A stretch of DNA of 64,000 nt from Eledone cirrhosa (Eukaryota), in the NCBI GenBank assembly GCA_964016885.1, contig OZ024742.1:112468001-112532000 (forward strand), written 5' to 3'. The position numbers and the translations under genes are program-made. This document shows positions 1 through 18,210 of this stretch, one piece after another (the first letter of the stretch is position 1; each line of letters starts with the position of its first letter). Under the pieces are notes generated by a model. It searched no databases, was not told the DNA's origin, and was given only the letters and a program-made list of their open reading frames with translations.

Positions 1-570
1 TGGACCAGGATAAGGAGCGCTCTATATTCTGTTGTTTAAGCTTTCAGACTAATTCAGAAAACGCCGTGCTATTTATTTTATCGAACCTATTAAAGGTATG
101 GCCGTGATTATACCATCTACCCTTAAATTCAGTGGCAGTTGCCCCAACATACCTGAAGGTTCTATCTAAAGTGGAGACCTTACAGTCGTAGACTATGTAT
201 TTGGTGAGACATTTCCCAGCTTGGGGCAAGTGGCGGTGTTTCTGCAATTACATTTTCTGTTATCGACCTGGGCAGTTCCAGACGAACCACGGTACCTCTG
301 GTGTCGGGTCTCAGTTCTAGTCTGCTCTATGGGTAAGTTCCCAGGGGCTGGCTTGACCCGACTCGCCTCACGCGTATGAGTCCGTTCATCCATAGAGCTG
401 CCATTAAACTGGTTATAAATATTAAAATAACGGTGGTAGACAGAAATAATTTTAATGTAACATTTATTACAACAGAAATATTTATCATTCTATATTGCTC
501 CCTTTTGGACAATTACTGCATCCACACGAGAACTAATTTTTTTCCAGCTGCCGACACCTCCGCTGATTTT
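1..570 (-). mobile_element. Penelope-like element (PLE) GIY-YIG endonuclease fragment, frameshifted, with the C-terminal piece inverted (~400-570 on +)
   Basis: Minus strand reads CNCRNTATCP../GKCLTKYIVY..YVGATATEFKGRWYNH..F..STAFSELV. Plus strand 440-570 reads TEIFIILY..HTRT../FSSCRH. These match the motifs of the PLE ORF at 55065-56130. Confidence 0.8.
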
Positions 571-599
571 GCATCTTGCTCACTCAATGGAGTCCTTCA

Positions 600-1470
600 A
601 ACTGTTGGCTCTCGAGAATGGTGAAACATTGGTCCTTGATTGAAGTACTCCCCATAAAGATTAATCGGGAAGGTTGTGATCTGGGCTATTACTGGGCCAG
701 GTGTTGGCCCTCACAAAAAATAAGACCTTCTCAGCAAGGAAAGCCAGAGGTACTTTTGACCCATGTTATGGTGAAGAATCGTGATTGAGCACCATATTGT
801 CAACCCAAACCTCTGCTCCATCTAAGGCAACATAGAGTTCTTCAGGATATCTAGATAGTTCTTTGTGCCGATCTTTAAGCCAAATGCAATGAAGTGTGGT
901 TCCATTACACATCACTCACTTACCAAGCATCAGAGGGGCAGGATTCTTAGTCTCAACCGCATACGGGGGCAGATCGATTGTATGCAATCATTCGAGAACT
1001 CCTTCTCATCCACACACACGAGAGTTTTCCCTGCATGTTGATGCTTGATGAATGACAGAAGATTTGGTCTTCTCTCGGCTCTGATTGTTTGGGTCTTGCA
1101 TGTTAGGAGGTTACAGTACTGGACACCGTGGAAAGGGACACATTGCGTTTATTTGCAAGAAATATCATAGATGTTGATGGATTTGCTTCAATCAAGTGTT
1201 TGAGGCGAACGAGAAACTTCAATCACTTGGAACTTGGAATCACTTCAAATGTTGTGTTCTTTCCTATCAATCTTTCCTTCTCCTTTAAACTGTTTATACA
1301 CACGATAAACTGTTGCTTTTGGAAGTTTAGTAAACTTCAAAACTTTATTGGCAGGATTCTGTTGTTCCATGGCTTTCTCTTGTCTAATAGGTTCGAGGAG
1401 GATTACATTTTCAAGCAAGCAAGCTTTAGTCAATAAAGGAAATGTTAAAAGCACCAGTAATGCACTGGGA
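600..1470 (-). mobile_element. Decayed Tc1/mariner-type transposase
   Basis: N-terminal HTH-like LPKATVYRVYKQFK (ORF 1245-1454). WPSNSPD at ~678-700 matches the WPxxSPDLNP motif. Many stops and frameshifts. Confidence 0.7.
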
Positions 1471-3972
1471 TAGCTGCCGGCGTTGTACCAAAAGCAGAAA
1501 CAATTATTAAACTTTTTATTTATATATATGTAAGACTTTGGATGTATTTGTGCGTTTATGTATGTATAAATATATATAACTAGTTATTTAATGAATAGTT
1601 AAGTGTATGTCTATGTTGAAATGATGTATCCATTCAATCACCGACGTATTTTATTAAGCTAGGTATTGGGCAGATATCAACAGTACTGGTGTCTCTTTTA
1701 TAGTGTGAAAGCTAATCCAGAGACATTCGAGTCATGAATTCTGACGTTTCTCTTCCACATTGGCAATTCAATATCTTTTCAAATAATTCATTCTGATTTA
1801 GCCACAAGGCCAACTATTCCGAGAGAATGGAAAATCGATTAAATCGACCTCATGGTGTTACTGGGAATTTATGTCATCCTTAAGTGGTCGATAACTAAAT
1901 TTCCCATAACGTGCTTGGACCGATTTACCTGACTGTCACTTCCCACACAGCTGCATTTCCATTGTGAATGACACATGTCTGAATTAAAGACTGGAATTTA
2001 TGTATATTACATTTCGAACAGTGATGTTAAACATATGATAATACTTTGCTTTTCTTCGCGAATATATTTGTTGCCGCCATCAATTGGATCGCGGAGACAA
2101 TTACTAGATGACATTTCACTGCCAGTTTCATGAGACATTACCTAATTTGTACGTCCACAAGAGCCCTTTTCTTTACGCCATATTCTATCAACACCTATGT
2201 TATGGCTACAATTCGAGTTGAAGTAAAATTAGCACTAACTCCTAAACCTGAATCAATAGATCTGGTAATATTGAGAACATTTTTAGAATTATTCCATGGG
2301 AGCTATTTTACAAACAAATGTAGGTTATAATTTTCCATCACTTTTGAGGAACAAACCAATATTGAAACTATCAGTGAACAGGCATAAACAACTAGAAGAG
2401 TATTGGAGACATCTGAAATGATCAGCAAACTAAATGTGTTTTTAAGACGTTTTACAGAACTGGCTTGAATGATATTGTTACTGTACCAAGAACTTCCCTT
2501 TATTTCAATACATAGGTACACACTTACACACACACATATACGGACTTATACATACACACATATAGGTGTCAACGAACACACTTGACTGGTTGTATAGAGG
2601 GAGGATTTGAAATGTATGAATACTCAGAATATCTGCTGAAATCACGGCTGAAATTGTTCCGATTTTTACTATCATATATAAACAACCACATTAGAAAATA
2701 TTGATTCTATGATTCAAAAATTGATAAGCATTTAACGTAATGCGCGATTGTTGCCATATCATCTAATCCAATTTTTCTATACAATTTATCGTCTAAATCA
2801 ATGGGGGTAAGGGACGGGGTGGAGGAATAAAATTACACAGTCTCTCGAATACTCTGTGATAAAGGTGTTGTCCTTCCGTGTCCTCTGTTCTTACAACTAT
2901 ATATTTGTTTTTACATATTTTCGATTCATCTCATGATCTAGAAAAGTACGAACAAAACACAATTTTGGCAACATAATCCAGCGTACAAAACCATATTAAA
3001 TTCATTGTTTTTACCATTTGAACACCATGTATGATCTGTCTACTTAAAATAAAATATTATTAACTCAAAACGAGATGACGTTAAATGAGAAGTGTTTCAT
3101 ATTTTGCAATATTTTGTATGATTAGGACGATTAACACTTAAAATCAGCTTACTTCTCTCGCAGTCATATCTCTTCAGCATGCCGCTCCCAACGAGATCGC
3201 TAAATGTGGATTGCAGGCTTCCACACTCCTGTTCAATCTAAAGTATTAGAACGGTGGGTTAGCAAAAACCTGGAAAATATTCGAATATTCATGATTTGAT
3301 GTGATATGATCCTTATCTCTAATGCGACCTCGAACGAAATTCATTTCGAGCCCACCTGCTGAAATCTGGTTCCGTTTCAAGAAAAGCTGAGGATCTGATG
3401 GTGTCAATATTACCGATTGCACTCTGGTAGGTGTGGTCTCGAAACAATAGCCGTCCAACCTCCATAATAAAAGTGATCGGCATGATCGAGACCTAGGAAT
3501 TCGAATTGACTATTTCATTGAATCTCCCTGAACATCCTCCATGTTAATGGACTCACCCTTCTCCACACCGGCTCGAAATCATTGAAGGCGGTGAGTTTAG
3601 ACATTTACAGAAGAAAAATTCCTGTTCATATAAAAAATAGGATAAATGTATTAATATGTGTTAATGTTATATCGCATCACCTGCGTATTTTTAAAATGTG
3701 AACTTGTATTTGTCGATATACGTTACAGAAGATGGAAGAGAAAAAAGTTAAGAAATAGTGTTGATAGTACACTCTATATAACATATATATTACATTTCAT
3801 CTGCATTTCTAATATCTGCTCATACGTTTACCTCAAATCGCCAGTCTTAATAACTTAATATATAAATACACGTATCTATTCATTAAATAGGTAGGTATAT
3901 CTATAAATAAGTAAACACATACATAAATCCAAACATCCCAAAACACACACATCTCTCTCTATATATACATAT

Positions 3973-4012
<40 letters not shown>

Positions 4013-4939
4013 GTGTGTGTATGTGTGTTTATGTGTGTGTGTATTTATGTATGCATATGTATATATCAAACGTTTAATAATGTGTGCAAGTAAAAGGATC
4101 ACATGATCTCTGATAATCACCCACTCATCTATGCATAAAATATATCATACATACAAAAACCCACGCAATTGTATGTAAATGTGTTCGTAAATGCTGTTAT
4201 ATGGACCTACTTAGCTTTATCTATGCAAAGCTTCCAGAACAATGACAGCTATATAATGGACGCACAGGAGTTACAAAGAAAATTATCTCTCAGTAATTGC
4301 CAATTAAACTCGTGGCCATGATTTAAATCAGTAATCAATTATCCTGTTCTCCAAAGTATTCTAGAAGAATTATTCTACCTTCTGTCTTTAGGATAATTGA
4401 ATTCAGGCGGCATATTTGAAACCTAAGTATTCTTTATTTGACTATTATACAAAAGACATAAAGAAGAGGATGAAGAAAATAACAACCTCAAATAATGTCT
4501 TGCGAAATTTAATAGAGGCCGAGAATTAATATAATAGTTCGGAACTGCTAAATTGTCAAATGTGTTAGATGTTACACTCTTCTCGGAATCTTGAGATTTC
4601 GCGGTGTATATATGTAAAGCGTAAAGTAATACATCAATATCATTGTTTCTATTAGGTATCGATACATCTATTCAAATAAAGGAGTCCACATTTACATCTA
4701 TTTACGCATATTATAGAACTTTTGAAACCTATTATTTAGTATTTAGTCTGATGCGTTTTCGACATTGAGGTTATTACAAAGAAGGATTACGTTATATTAT
4801 TTCAATGAATTGTAATTTCAACAAAATGGGGATTTGCACATAAATACATACACAAACATATATCCGAACAACACCCAAATACACACACACGCACACACAT
4901 ATATATACATATATATATGTTATACACAAATATACACAC

Positions 4940-5319
<380 letters not shown>

Positions 5320-5334
5320 CACATATATATATAC

Positions 5335-5433
<99 letters not shown>

Positions 5434-5470
5434 TACATATATACATATATATGTTTATATGTATATATAC

Positions 5471-5526
<56 letters not shown>

Positions 5527-5845
5527 CTAGGGGTAATCAAGGATAATGGAATATACAATGTGAAATCAACCATTTAATTCATATGACTACATTCAATATG
5601 ATCATTTTGATCCTTCGCTGAAAATAGTATCATGTTTTGGAAATCCCTTTTACCTTCGTTATATTCATTGGTTATTGGAAATAATAACATGATAAATATA
5701 GCAGAAGGTGCACTATTATAACCTAATGACAGTTTCCATTATCTAATAAGTACACTTATGCGCACTGGAAAATAAATTTTTATGAGAGCTCAGGACATTT
5801 GAATGGTACTTGCAGTTTAGCGCCTACTTGCATGTATTGTAACCT

Positions 5846-6029
5846 AATAATTGTTTCTACTTTAGGCACAAGGCCAGCGATTACCCATAACATTACTGGT
5901 ACTTTATTTTATCGACCCCGTATGGATGAAAGGCAAAGTTAACCTCGGCGGGATTTGAACTCAGATTGTAAAGGGACGTAACTATGCTAGAAAGCATGGC
6001 GTCCAACCCTCTACCGATACTGCCAATTC
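5846..6029 (-). mobile_element. tRNA-derived SINE (Meta/MESC-core-like)
   Basis: Reverse complement of the copy at 15866-16052. A-box-like TGGCAGTATCGG, B-box GAGTTCAAATCC, core TTTGCCTTTCATCC..GGGGTCGATAAAATAAAGTACCAG. Confidence 0.85.
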
Positions 6030-6189
6030 AAATGGTTGGTAGTCATTACAATTACCTAGCTGTAGTAATTATTGCTAACTGGCAGTCGAATATTTGGAGA
6101 AAATGGAAATTGTCGTGAAATGTATTCATATATGTATATGCATATCGAGATCTCGCTTTTTCTCTCTCTTTCTCTCTCTCTCTGTATAT

Positions 6190-6850
6190 ATATATATCAT
6201 AAAACATGTCTATAGAATCACCAGATAAAACATATACCGTTTCCTCTCTCAATTAGTATAATTAACCATATAAAAAATCCATTAGATCAACTTATTTGCT
6301 AGAAAGCGCAGCCAAATACAGCCAAAATTGTATCTCAACCAAACGGGAGATTATTACATAAAGCCTACCAGCCGTAAGCACCTAACCACATCCTTTGTAA
6401 CTTGACCGCTGCCACGTCATGATTCTTAGCCATTTTTGAATGTATTCTTGGCGCGATAACTTTGGAAAATTAATTGTCTAAATTTGAGCTAACTCCTGAA
6501 GAGTCCGGTGCTCTAGATTCCAATGTTATCGGATATCTCAAAATGCGGACGAAACCATGGTAGAGGTAACTAAATATGTTCACTTTCCTTCTAGTTTATT
6601 TTACACCTAATTATGTTTAGTTGACGGTATATCTGGTCGATTTAAACACGCTGTCGAAATACTCGATAAATACTCCGACGCAACCGCCGCGAAGGGCTGC
6701 TTTCGGTTATTTATCGGAAATTTCTTCATAGGAGCCTTTTTTCTTATAGCTTGGTCTAATTGATTTTTTATATGGTTAATTATGCTAATTGGGAGAGGAA
6801 ACTGTATATATTTTATCTGGTGTTTCTATAGACATGTTTTATGATATATA
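6190..6850 (+). mobile_element. PLE-like 3' end with ~100-bp terminal inverted repeat and hammerhead ribozyme
   Basis: 6190-6290 is an imperfect reverse complement of 6750-6850. Hammerhead at 6490-6568. Flanks are TA-rich. Confidence 0.65.
6490..6568 (+). ncRNA. Type I hammerhead ribozyme, canonical core
   Basis: taactc-CTGAAGA-gtccg..(38 nt)..cggac-GAAA-CCATGG-TA^-gaggta. Palindromic stem III ACCATGGT. Predicted GUA cleavage after 6562. Confidence 0.8.
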
Positions 6851-6955
6851 GCTCTGATTATTTAATTCATTAACTCTTCATTGAGCCACAAAGTGACCCG
6901 TTGCAAAGCACATGTATACCTATGACTTCATATGTATATATATATATATATAAAC

Positions 6956-7038
<83 letters not shown>

Positions 7039-7859
7039 AGTGTGATGAGTTTATACATATTTACATTTAAAACACACGTGTATAGCACCCAACAGGCATA
7101 TACCTCTGCGATTCCTTGTTTATGCACGCCTACACCAACCACCGACACTCACATTCGACGTCTCATGCCTGAGGTTGCATGTGTGTTTGTATTTCTTGAG
7201 CACACACCTTCGTTCGAGTCGTAAGCAGACGTGTAGCAGCGGTGCCATTGGTTTTGAATGTTTCCCACCATTTATTCCGCACCAGCGCTCCTCGCCTATA
7301 TCATCCACTCACAAGTTGTGACTTCGTAGGTTAAACGATTGCGGTTTTACTACATATCGTTTTACCTGAGGGATCGTAGCTTCTCTTATCTCTATACCAA
7401 GAAATGAAATATAGGCTCGACGTTAAACTGTGAGAAGCTGGCTACTGTGAGATTGTGGATGTATGAGTGAGGGTGCGTACGTGATATGAATAAGTTATGG
7501 AGATGTACATATATGCAAAAGTATTTCTGCGCTTACATAAACCCACATATAGACATAGCCGAAAGGGGTGTATAAAAATAGGAGCCTGTAGCGTAGATGA
7601 CCTTTGTCATTATATTTCATTTCATGTCACTCCATATTCTTTCCTTTTCTGTTTGTAAAGTTCCTCTTGAAATCGGATGCTAGGTGAAACGTGTTAATTG
7701 GCCTCAGGTTACTCCTGTCTCCGACGCTCAATATATCGTGTAAGATTATGTCAGTGCTAGTGATGGTAGGGAGGTCGGGTACTGCCTATGACGTCGGAGA
7801 TCACAAGGCTTTTGAAAGACGTAAGACGTTTAAGGACTGTGTCTCACTTATGTCGCTAC

Positions 7860-8290
7860 AACGTGATCAGTTCTGATGTCGCCTTGCAAGGTCTGCATAC
7901 TTTTTGATCTTTACCCTTTCCTTTTCAGCCATGTAATGAGAGGTCGCAATATCAATTAGGGTCCATTTTGCGGTGTGTGTGTTTTTGTTTTTATGTGTAG
8001 TACAATATCAGTGTGGTTGTGTTGAACTTTGTAATGTTGATCTCAAAATAAGAACATAGAAATAATTCTACTCCCTCACCTGAAATGCAGTATTCAAGAG
8101 GAGTATATTCGTACACCCAATAGACTCTTTATGCTACAACATCATGACATAATTCATAATAATTTTTTTTTCTAATTGCTCACATTCACTAGCCAAAGAT
8201 TGGTCTGTTTTATGTCATATTCTGTAGATTGCGGAGCAATATTGACAATCGATGTTACCTTTAACCCAATTGGTTTTGAATGCCTGCTTT
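7860..8290 (-). mobile_element. Decayed non-LTR retrotransposon C-terminus with restriction-like endonuclease (R4/Dong-like)
   Basis: Minus-strand fragments HDVVA, HNHTDIV, TLIDIA and KIKKYADL match the RHD..VA / PDIV / LIDIA / K..KY.DL RLE signature. Confidence 0.55.
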
Positions 8291-9439
8291 TGTGCGGCAG
8301 TAATTATTTTGAAAGAGTGGAAAGTTTATTAAATTAACCGCAGTGCATTAATGGTACTTTATTATATCAACTTCGTAAGAATGAAAGGCAAAGCTAACCT
8401 CAACGGGATTTGAACTTAGAACGTAAGGAATAATGATGTTGATGAAGCCACACATGGCTGACGTCAAAACATATTGAAAACGGCATGGAACAGCATGGTA
8501 CAGCACATGATAGAACAATACGGCACAGGGCGATGTAATATATGTTCGTTTTTATGAAATTGTATTTTTCAAAGCAAAAAACGTGGTAGATTTCAAAAAA
8601 AAAAATCTCCCCAATAATCGGGTCATTTTCATAGTGTCCCAAAGAAATAGCCCCAAAAACTCACGGACACCCTTCCCACGAAAACAAGTTCCCTCTACCA
8701 GCCGGATTGTTACAATCTTCAGACACATACTTCGCTCAGGCACTCGTATCTTGTTCGCTAAACTAATCCACCTTTAAATATATTTCCATATCCATCCTGG
8801 TTTACAAGTGAAATTTCTAAACCTTAACCAGGGCTTCGCTTAAAAGTAAAATGCATATACTCAACATTTTGAAGCAAGTCGACTACATACACTATTATCC
8901 TATGACTGCCAAAACGTATCTGGAACAAGCTCGATTGGCGGAACTTCAGTGCCTGAAAGATTTATATGAAACATGTAATACCTCCTGATAAAAGTGCCAG
9001 CCAAGAAAATGTGTGAAAATTATCCAATGTCCTGCGGAGCAGAGCAGCAAAATCTTTTTTGTGAACATCTATCAATTCCTAAATAATGTCATATCGCTTC
9101 CCCGCCACATACACTTTTAATGTTGAAGACCACCGATCACAATGTCCGACTGGTTGAATCCATTCTAGAAAACAGGCAACCTGCCTTGATCACTTCTTCA
9201 TGACTGGCTACAGCTCCATCAGAAAGGTGAGCTGCGGAAAATTGCATCTGGTAAAATGTAATCGCCGAAGTTCCCGTCGAAGAATATCTTCTGGAACAAC
9301 TAATACAAAAGAGGTCTCAAAAAAAATCTCTGCTGAACCGACTGGCTTGATGCAAAACGGCTCTGAGAAGTTCCCGTTTATTTGATCACCATGCTGTTGC
9401 TGCTACTCTTCGTTGAAACTGAAAACTGTCACATTATAG

Positions 9440-9800
9440 ATGATAATAATGATAATAATAATGATGATGATTCTGTTGGTGGTAATTATAATGGATGAGG
9501 ATATGGATGACAATCCTTATGATCAGGATGGAAGTAGTGGCTGTGATGATGACGATTAGAATGTGTAGGTGTTGAAGCTGGCGTAGAAGATTGGTGATAA
9601 TTATGATTTTATTGGGAGGATGTGGATGTTCATGATGATAACTGCTTTGATGATGTACAACACTGAGCACAATGGTGACGATGATGATGATGATGATGAT
9701 GATGATGAAAATAACGTCTATGCTCGTCACGATTATCATACCAATGATGATGGCAGTAATGGTGGAGAATATGTTGACGATGGTGACAGTGATGATTGTT
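9440..9800. repeat. Degenerate (GAT/ATG)n trinucleotide low-complexity tract
   Basis: Visible runs of gatgatgat and ataata. Confidence 0.85.
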
Positions 9801-10080
9801 CTACGTGAAAGAAGAAATGAAAATAATGAAAAACCAGCACATAAATTCGACACTGTGAACCACATTCTGCTGTATGTATGTAGTAAGGGAGGGAGAGGGG
9901 TGGATGAGAGATACAGTGAGAGAGAGACAGAAGAGAGAGGTAGAGAGAGAGAAGAGAGATAGGGAAGATATATAGATAGAGAATGAGAGTGAGAGAGAGT
10001 GAGAAAGGAAAGTAACGGGAGAAAAGGAAATGGGGAGAAAAGAAGTCGCAGAATGTGTGTGAGATGAGAGGCACTGACAA

Positions 10081-10594
10081 TAAATAATTGTTTCTATTTT
10101 TGGCTCAAGGCCAGGAATTATCCCAGTGTATTACTGGTACTTTATTTTATCGACCAATTAAGGATGAAAGGCAAAGTTAACCTTGGCGGGATTTGAACTA
10201 AGAACATAACGAGTCGTAGCTCTTTGCTGCAAAGCATGGGGTCCGACCCTCTACTGATACTGCCAATGATAATAAATAATTGTTTCAATTTTTGGCACAA
10301 GGCCATCAATTACTCAGTACATTACTGGTACTTTATTTTATCGACCCCGTAAGGATGAAAGGGAAAGTTAACCTAGGTGGGATTTGAACTCAGATCATAA
10401 AGGGACGTAACGCTATGCTTCAAAGCATAGGGTCCGACCCTCTACCGATACTGCCAATCCACCACCAATGATAATAAATAATTGTTTCTATGTTAGGCAC
10501 AAGGCCAGCAATTATCCAGTGCATTACTGGTACTTTATTTTGTCGACCCAGTAAGGATGAAAGGCAAAGTCAACCGCGGCGGGATTTGAACTCA
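10081..10594 (-). mobile_element. Three head-to-tail SINE copies (10081-10266, 10272-10467, 5'-truncated 10475-10594)
   Basis: Same SINE consensus repeated three times, each joined by atgataataaataat. Confidence 0.9.
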
Positions 10595-10784
10595 TGATAA
10601 TAAATAATGTTGAATAGACTGTTTTGTCAGCTATTGACTAGACCAACGGTCATGCACTCTCACATATAACAAAAGCGAACGCACAAATCCGTTCATACAT
10701 ATTTGCTCATGCAAGCTCATAAACACATACAATATACATTTACAGACACACACACACACATATATACACACACGCACATACACT

Positions 10785-10815
<31 letters not shown>

Positions 10816-10827
10816 ATACACAAACAC

Positions 10828-10863
<36 letters not shown>

Positions 10864-11993
10864 CATATTTTAGGATTGTGTTAACTGTTGCTAGATTCAT
10901 ATGTCTTATTAATAGCTATCTAACTGTATACTGAATAACTATAGCTAAACCACATGGTGTTCATAATCTTGCGTATTTATTTTAGCTGTAATGGTTGTCC
11001 TGTCTAGACGGTATTTCCAACATGAGAAAATTCATTAGAGGTTTGCTCGAAATAGCTGTTAATTAGTATATCTTAAGATGTGTACGCTAAAGATCCATGT
11101 GAGTCTTGATTGATTAATCAATTAGCTAATATTCGTAAGCATGTTCAAAGCGCAGTATGGATAATTATGTAGATCAAATTAGAGTGTTTCCTTAAATATC
11201 ATTTTTTTCCTTGCTATGTTCTTAATCTTAATAGTAATATAGTTAGGCAGTGTGCCGAAACAAAATTTTGAATAAACAATGCTCTACTAAATATGGATTT
11301 TAGCCTGTATAAAGTATATTTAAGCTGATTTATGGTATATGATTAAAATGAATTTTATTTTAATCCACTTATAAATATATATATACATATATATATATAT
11401 ATATTGTTAGACTCCCGAGTCTAACAATTAACCAGTTAATTTTTTTAGATAATTCTATTGACTGCTTAATTGCTTAAGTTTATTTTAAAATCTACCCGGT
11501 CGAGAGCTTAATTCGATTGTGTTATTTTTGCAATTTTTTCAACGATTACACATACTGAATTCATTTCCCCAAATTTGGGGTTTTCACCCCATTAGATTTA
11601 CAGATGTGCTTTCAAAACACTGTGGGATTCAAAACGCTGGCGCAGAACAAAATACCTGTTGAGTGATATCCTTGTGCAATCATTATACTAAAGGCTTATT
11701 TGTTTAGTAGACAGTATTATTGAATTAGGTGTCGCAGAAACCCTGTATTCGCTTATACCATCATTTCCAAAGGGGTCCGGGTACATTTTTCTTTCCTATT
11801 TTGTATGACCCGTTTTGCTTGCTTCGTTTTTTCTGCTTAGTTGGTTGATAGCTTTTTAACCGATGTCTCAGTTTGTATGGCATTTATAACATATGTGTCT
11901 TGCTCTGGTCTCTTTTGCTCCATGGAGCGCTTGCCACACACATCGGTAATTGAGTTTTGCTTATTCTACCTGCCGAAATACGATTCTTGCTGA

Positions 11994-12059
<66 letters not shown>

Positions 12060-12465
12060 TGGTAAAAGGAAAAGAAAATGCTGACAAATTGTTCCCAGTA
12101 AAAGATAGTTTAATTAGGAAGAAGTAAAAATCAGTAATAAGTATTGGTTAGTATTCAGTTTTAGTTTTAAGTTTTTACCGGTTGCGCATTTCTAATGCTT
12201 TTCAAAAATAATTTTGAGATAGAACGCCCGTGACGTTTGCTCTAATCTGATTAGTTTTGGAAATTCTACCTGTTTTATGTGAAAAAAGTGGCTCCAAAAT
12301 AACTTTCGCGCCAATTCGTGTTGCAAAAATTCTTGTGGTCAAAACAATTTTGATTGGTCGGTAGAGGTCACGTGAATGTTAAAAATTGATTTTGCGCCAA
12401 ATGTAGGTTTGTCGAAGAGTGACCCTTTTCGCCTGATTGAGAAGTCACTGAAAAACAAGTCTTTT

Positions 12466-15385
<2,920 letters not shown>

Positions 15386-15865
15386 TTATATGTATATATT
15401 TATACATATGAAATGTGGGTAATATTAAATATTATCCAATTACAAGTATGAGAATAGCTCAATGTAAACTGGCAAGTATATTACAGAGCCGTAATTCTTT
15501 ATAAACAACAATCAAAGATTGTTTAGAATATTTACTCACTTACTATCGTGTCATTCTACTACACGGCCGAGGTCATCGGAGTATATAATAAAGGTTAAAA
15601 CACAAATATAAGATCAGAATGTTGTCATAAGCGCAGTTTGAGGATAACATAATGTGGGATGTAAGCATAGGTATCACAATTTTTATAAGAAGAGATAGCA
15701 AATGTAGAGGAAGCATAAGCATTTTTTTTTATTTGCTGTTATAGGGAAACCTGCTGCTATAAAGAAGTTAAGTATAGTGCAATACATATATTATTAGTAA
15801 ATAATCTTTATATCATAAGTATTTGATTTATGCTTTATTAGTAGACATTATTTAATCAATTAATG

Positions 15866-16052
15866 GCCGTGGATTGGCAGTATCGGTAGAGGGTCGGACG
15901 GCATGCTTTCCAGCATAGTTACGTCCCTTTACGATCTGAGTTCAAATCCCGCCGAGGTTGACTTTGCCTTTCATCCTTACGGGGTCGATAAAATAAAGTA
16001 CCAGTAATGAACTGGTGATTGCTGGCCTTGTGCCTAAAGTAGAAACAATTAT
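15866..16052 (+). mobile_element. Full-length tRNA-derived SINE (Meta/MESC-core-like)
   Basis: A and B boxes, core CTTTGCCTTTCATCCTTACGGGGTCGATAAAATAAAGTACCAG, AT-rich tail. The direct repeat attatttaatcaattaa on both sides (~15848 and ~16048) is a probable TSD. Confidence 0.9.
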
Positions 16053-17867
16053 TTAATCAATTAAAAACCTTTCGTCACACATTCTGTGACTAGTTGTGTT
16101 TTTTTTTCTTTTTCTGTATATCGTATTGGTTTTCTTCACTATTAGTGTATATATATTTAATGGCTAAATTGGCAAAAAAATCAACCCCAAATATAACAAT
16201 GTATGTTTCAGCACAATTTCACATTAAGAAATTTGCTGTACAAATACATAAACTTAAATAAACATTGGGTCTTTGGAAAATTATTGAGACCAAGAAAGAT
16301 CATGTTTAGAATTTGTTGAAAAACGTTTCGAAACTCGAACACGAGAAACCGCTGTTAAGGCAGCCAAATAACGTGACATGTATATTGGGTAAACATACCA
16401 CTAGGGACAGCGAACAATGGCCCATGATCACTATGTAGAGACAGAAAGATGTGAGATGGGTGAAAGGAAGATGATTGAGTGAGTAGTATTTGGAAATAGT
16501 GGTGTGATAAGTGAACGAGAAAAGGAAGAAAGTGGAGACTAATGTTACAATAAGTGTCAGGAATAAAGCCACAATATTTTCAAGACAATCGAAAATTACA
16601 GCTGTAACAACTTAAACCCCATCAGATAAGACGAACTGATAGACGAATCAAGGAGCGAGGAAATATACACACACCATCACATCGCCCGTACAAAGGAAAG
16701 GCAAAGCCCTATGCTGGAAGTGACAGGGAACATAATTGACATATAGGAGCAGCAAACCTTACCTGAAAAGGAGCACTCGAAGATATGGAAAACAAAAGAA
16801 TGTAGCCTGTCCCAGACCGTGCTATACCTGTATGTATATATATATATACAGAGAGAGAGAGAGAAAGAGAGAGAGAGCGAGATGTGTGTTTGTGTGGTGG
16901 AGGGGTGACCCTGGTGTATCTAAAATGATTCATAAATATTATGCAAATAATTTGTGATAATAAATGTCACAAGACTGTTTATGTGATGACAAAAAAATGT
17001 AACGCGGATATTATAGATATCAAGATATAGCTATACATACCTACAGATTGTGCTGCTGTAAAGTTATGTACCAATCCTGTAGGCTTGTTTATGTTGTTGA
17101 AACAATAAAAGAACTACAAATTTCGCCAATAATTCTTTGAAAGTAATGTTATTTTCCTTGCGAAGAAATGCCAATATGCCTGATTCTTCTCAAGTTTAAA
17201 GAAATGTATTTAATACTGAATATTTTGCTATTCATAAGCAATCACAAACCTCAAGTTTAATCGATATTCCATGACTATACAAGCCTTCAGCTTTTCCGTT
17301 ATGTGTCTCTATATATTTTTCTATTTTCTTGTCTCTTACCTTTCAAATGGTCTTATACATAACCGAATTTCTATGTTAGAGAAAATGATAAACAAATCTA
17401 CAATCTGTGGCTGGAGTTCTAGACTTTCAACAATGTTGTTCAGGTTTGCTTTCACGTGGCTTCAGATAAATGTGCTATAGAAAAAAAGGGGACACGTCGG
17501 CAATACATTATATAATGGCACACATTTTTTCATTATAGCTAGCCAATTCATGAAAGTATCAATGCATTAAAAAACATATTTGCGACTACAACAACGATGA
17601 GATTTACTTGTGTGATTGATATCGGGTGCGACTCTTATTGTAACATTATTTTCTACACAAACACACACATCACATGCATGTACGCACACACGTTGATACA
17701 GACGAGTGTGCACATGCACCCACACAGCCTTATGCATATATACTTATATTATTATAGAATTTTAAGCATAGAATATATATGTATGATATTATGTTGTACA
17801 CATTCATAGCCATATTGTTAACAATAAAAGTATATACATATACATACATATACATATACATATACAT

Positions 17868-17985
<118 letters not shown>

Positions 17986-17987
17986 AT

Positions 17988-18210
17988 ATAAGGTGTCCCC
18001 CCAAAATGTATAACACTTCAACGGCAAGAAAAAGTGTATTAAAATAAATTATGTTTCATTTAAATCATGCATTATTTAAATTATGTAAACATGGTGGGGT
18101 GTTTAGAAACAATAGAATTATATCTGTAGATATTGGTAACTTCTTTTTGGGGGGAGGCTGTGCATTTTAATTAATATTGTCTGTACAGGTAATCACAATT
18201 GTGGACACCC

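Noticed and set aside
2050-3600. Coding-looking stretches (ORFs 2130-2330, 2303-2533, 3246-3458)
   Set aside because: No recognisable motif and stops in every frame; cannot be assigned without a search.
8860-9400. Possible decayed LINE RT fragment
   Set aside because: Only faint resemblance to the 57370-58800 element; too degraded to support.
15866-15955. tRNA gene suggested by A/B boxes
   Set aside because: No cloverleaf, and it continues into the SINE core and tail in all copies.
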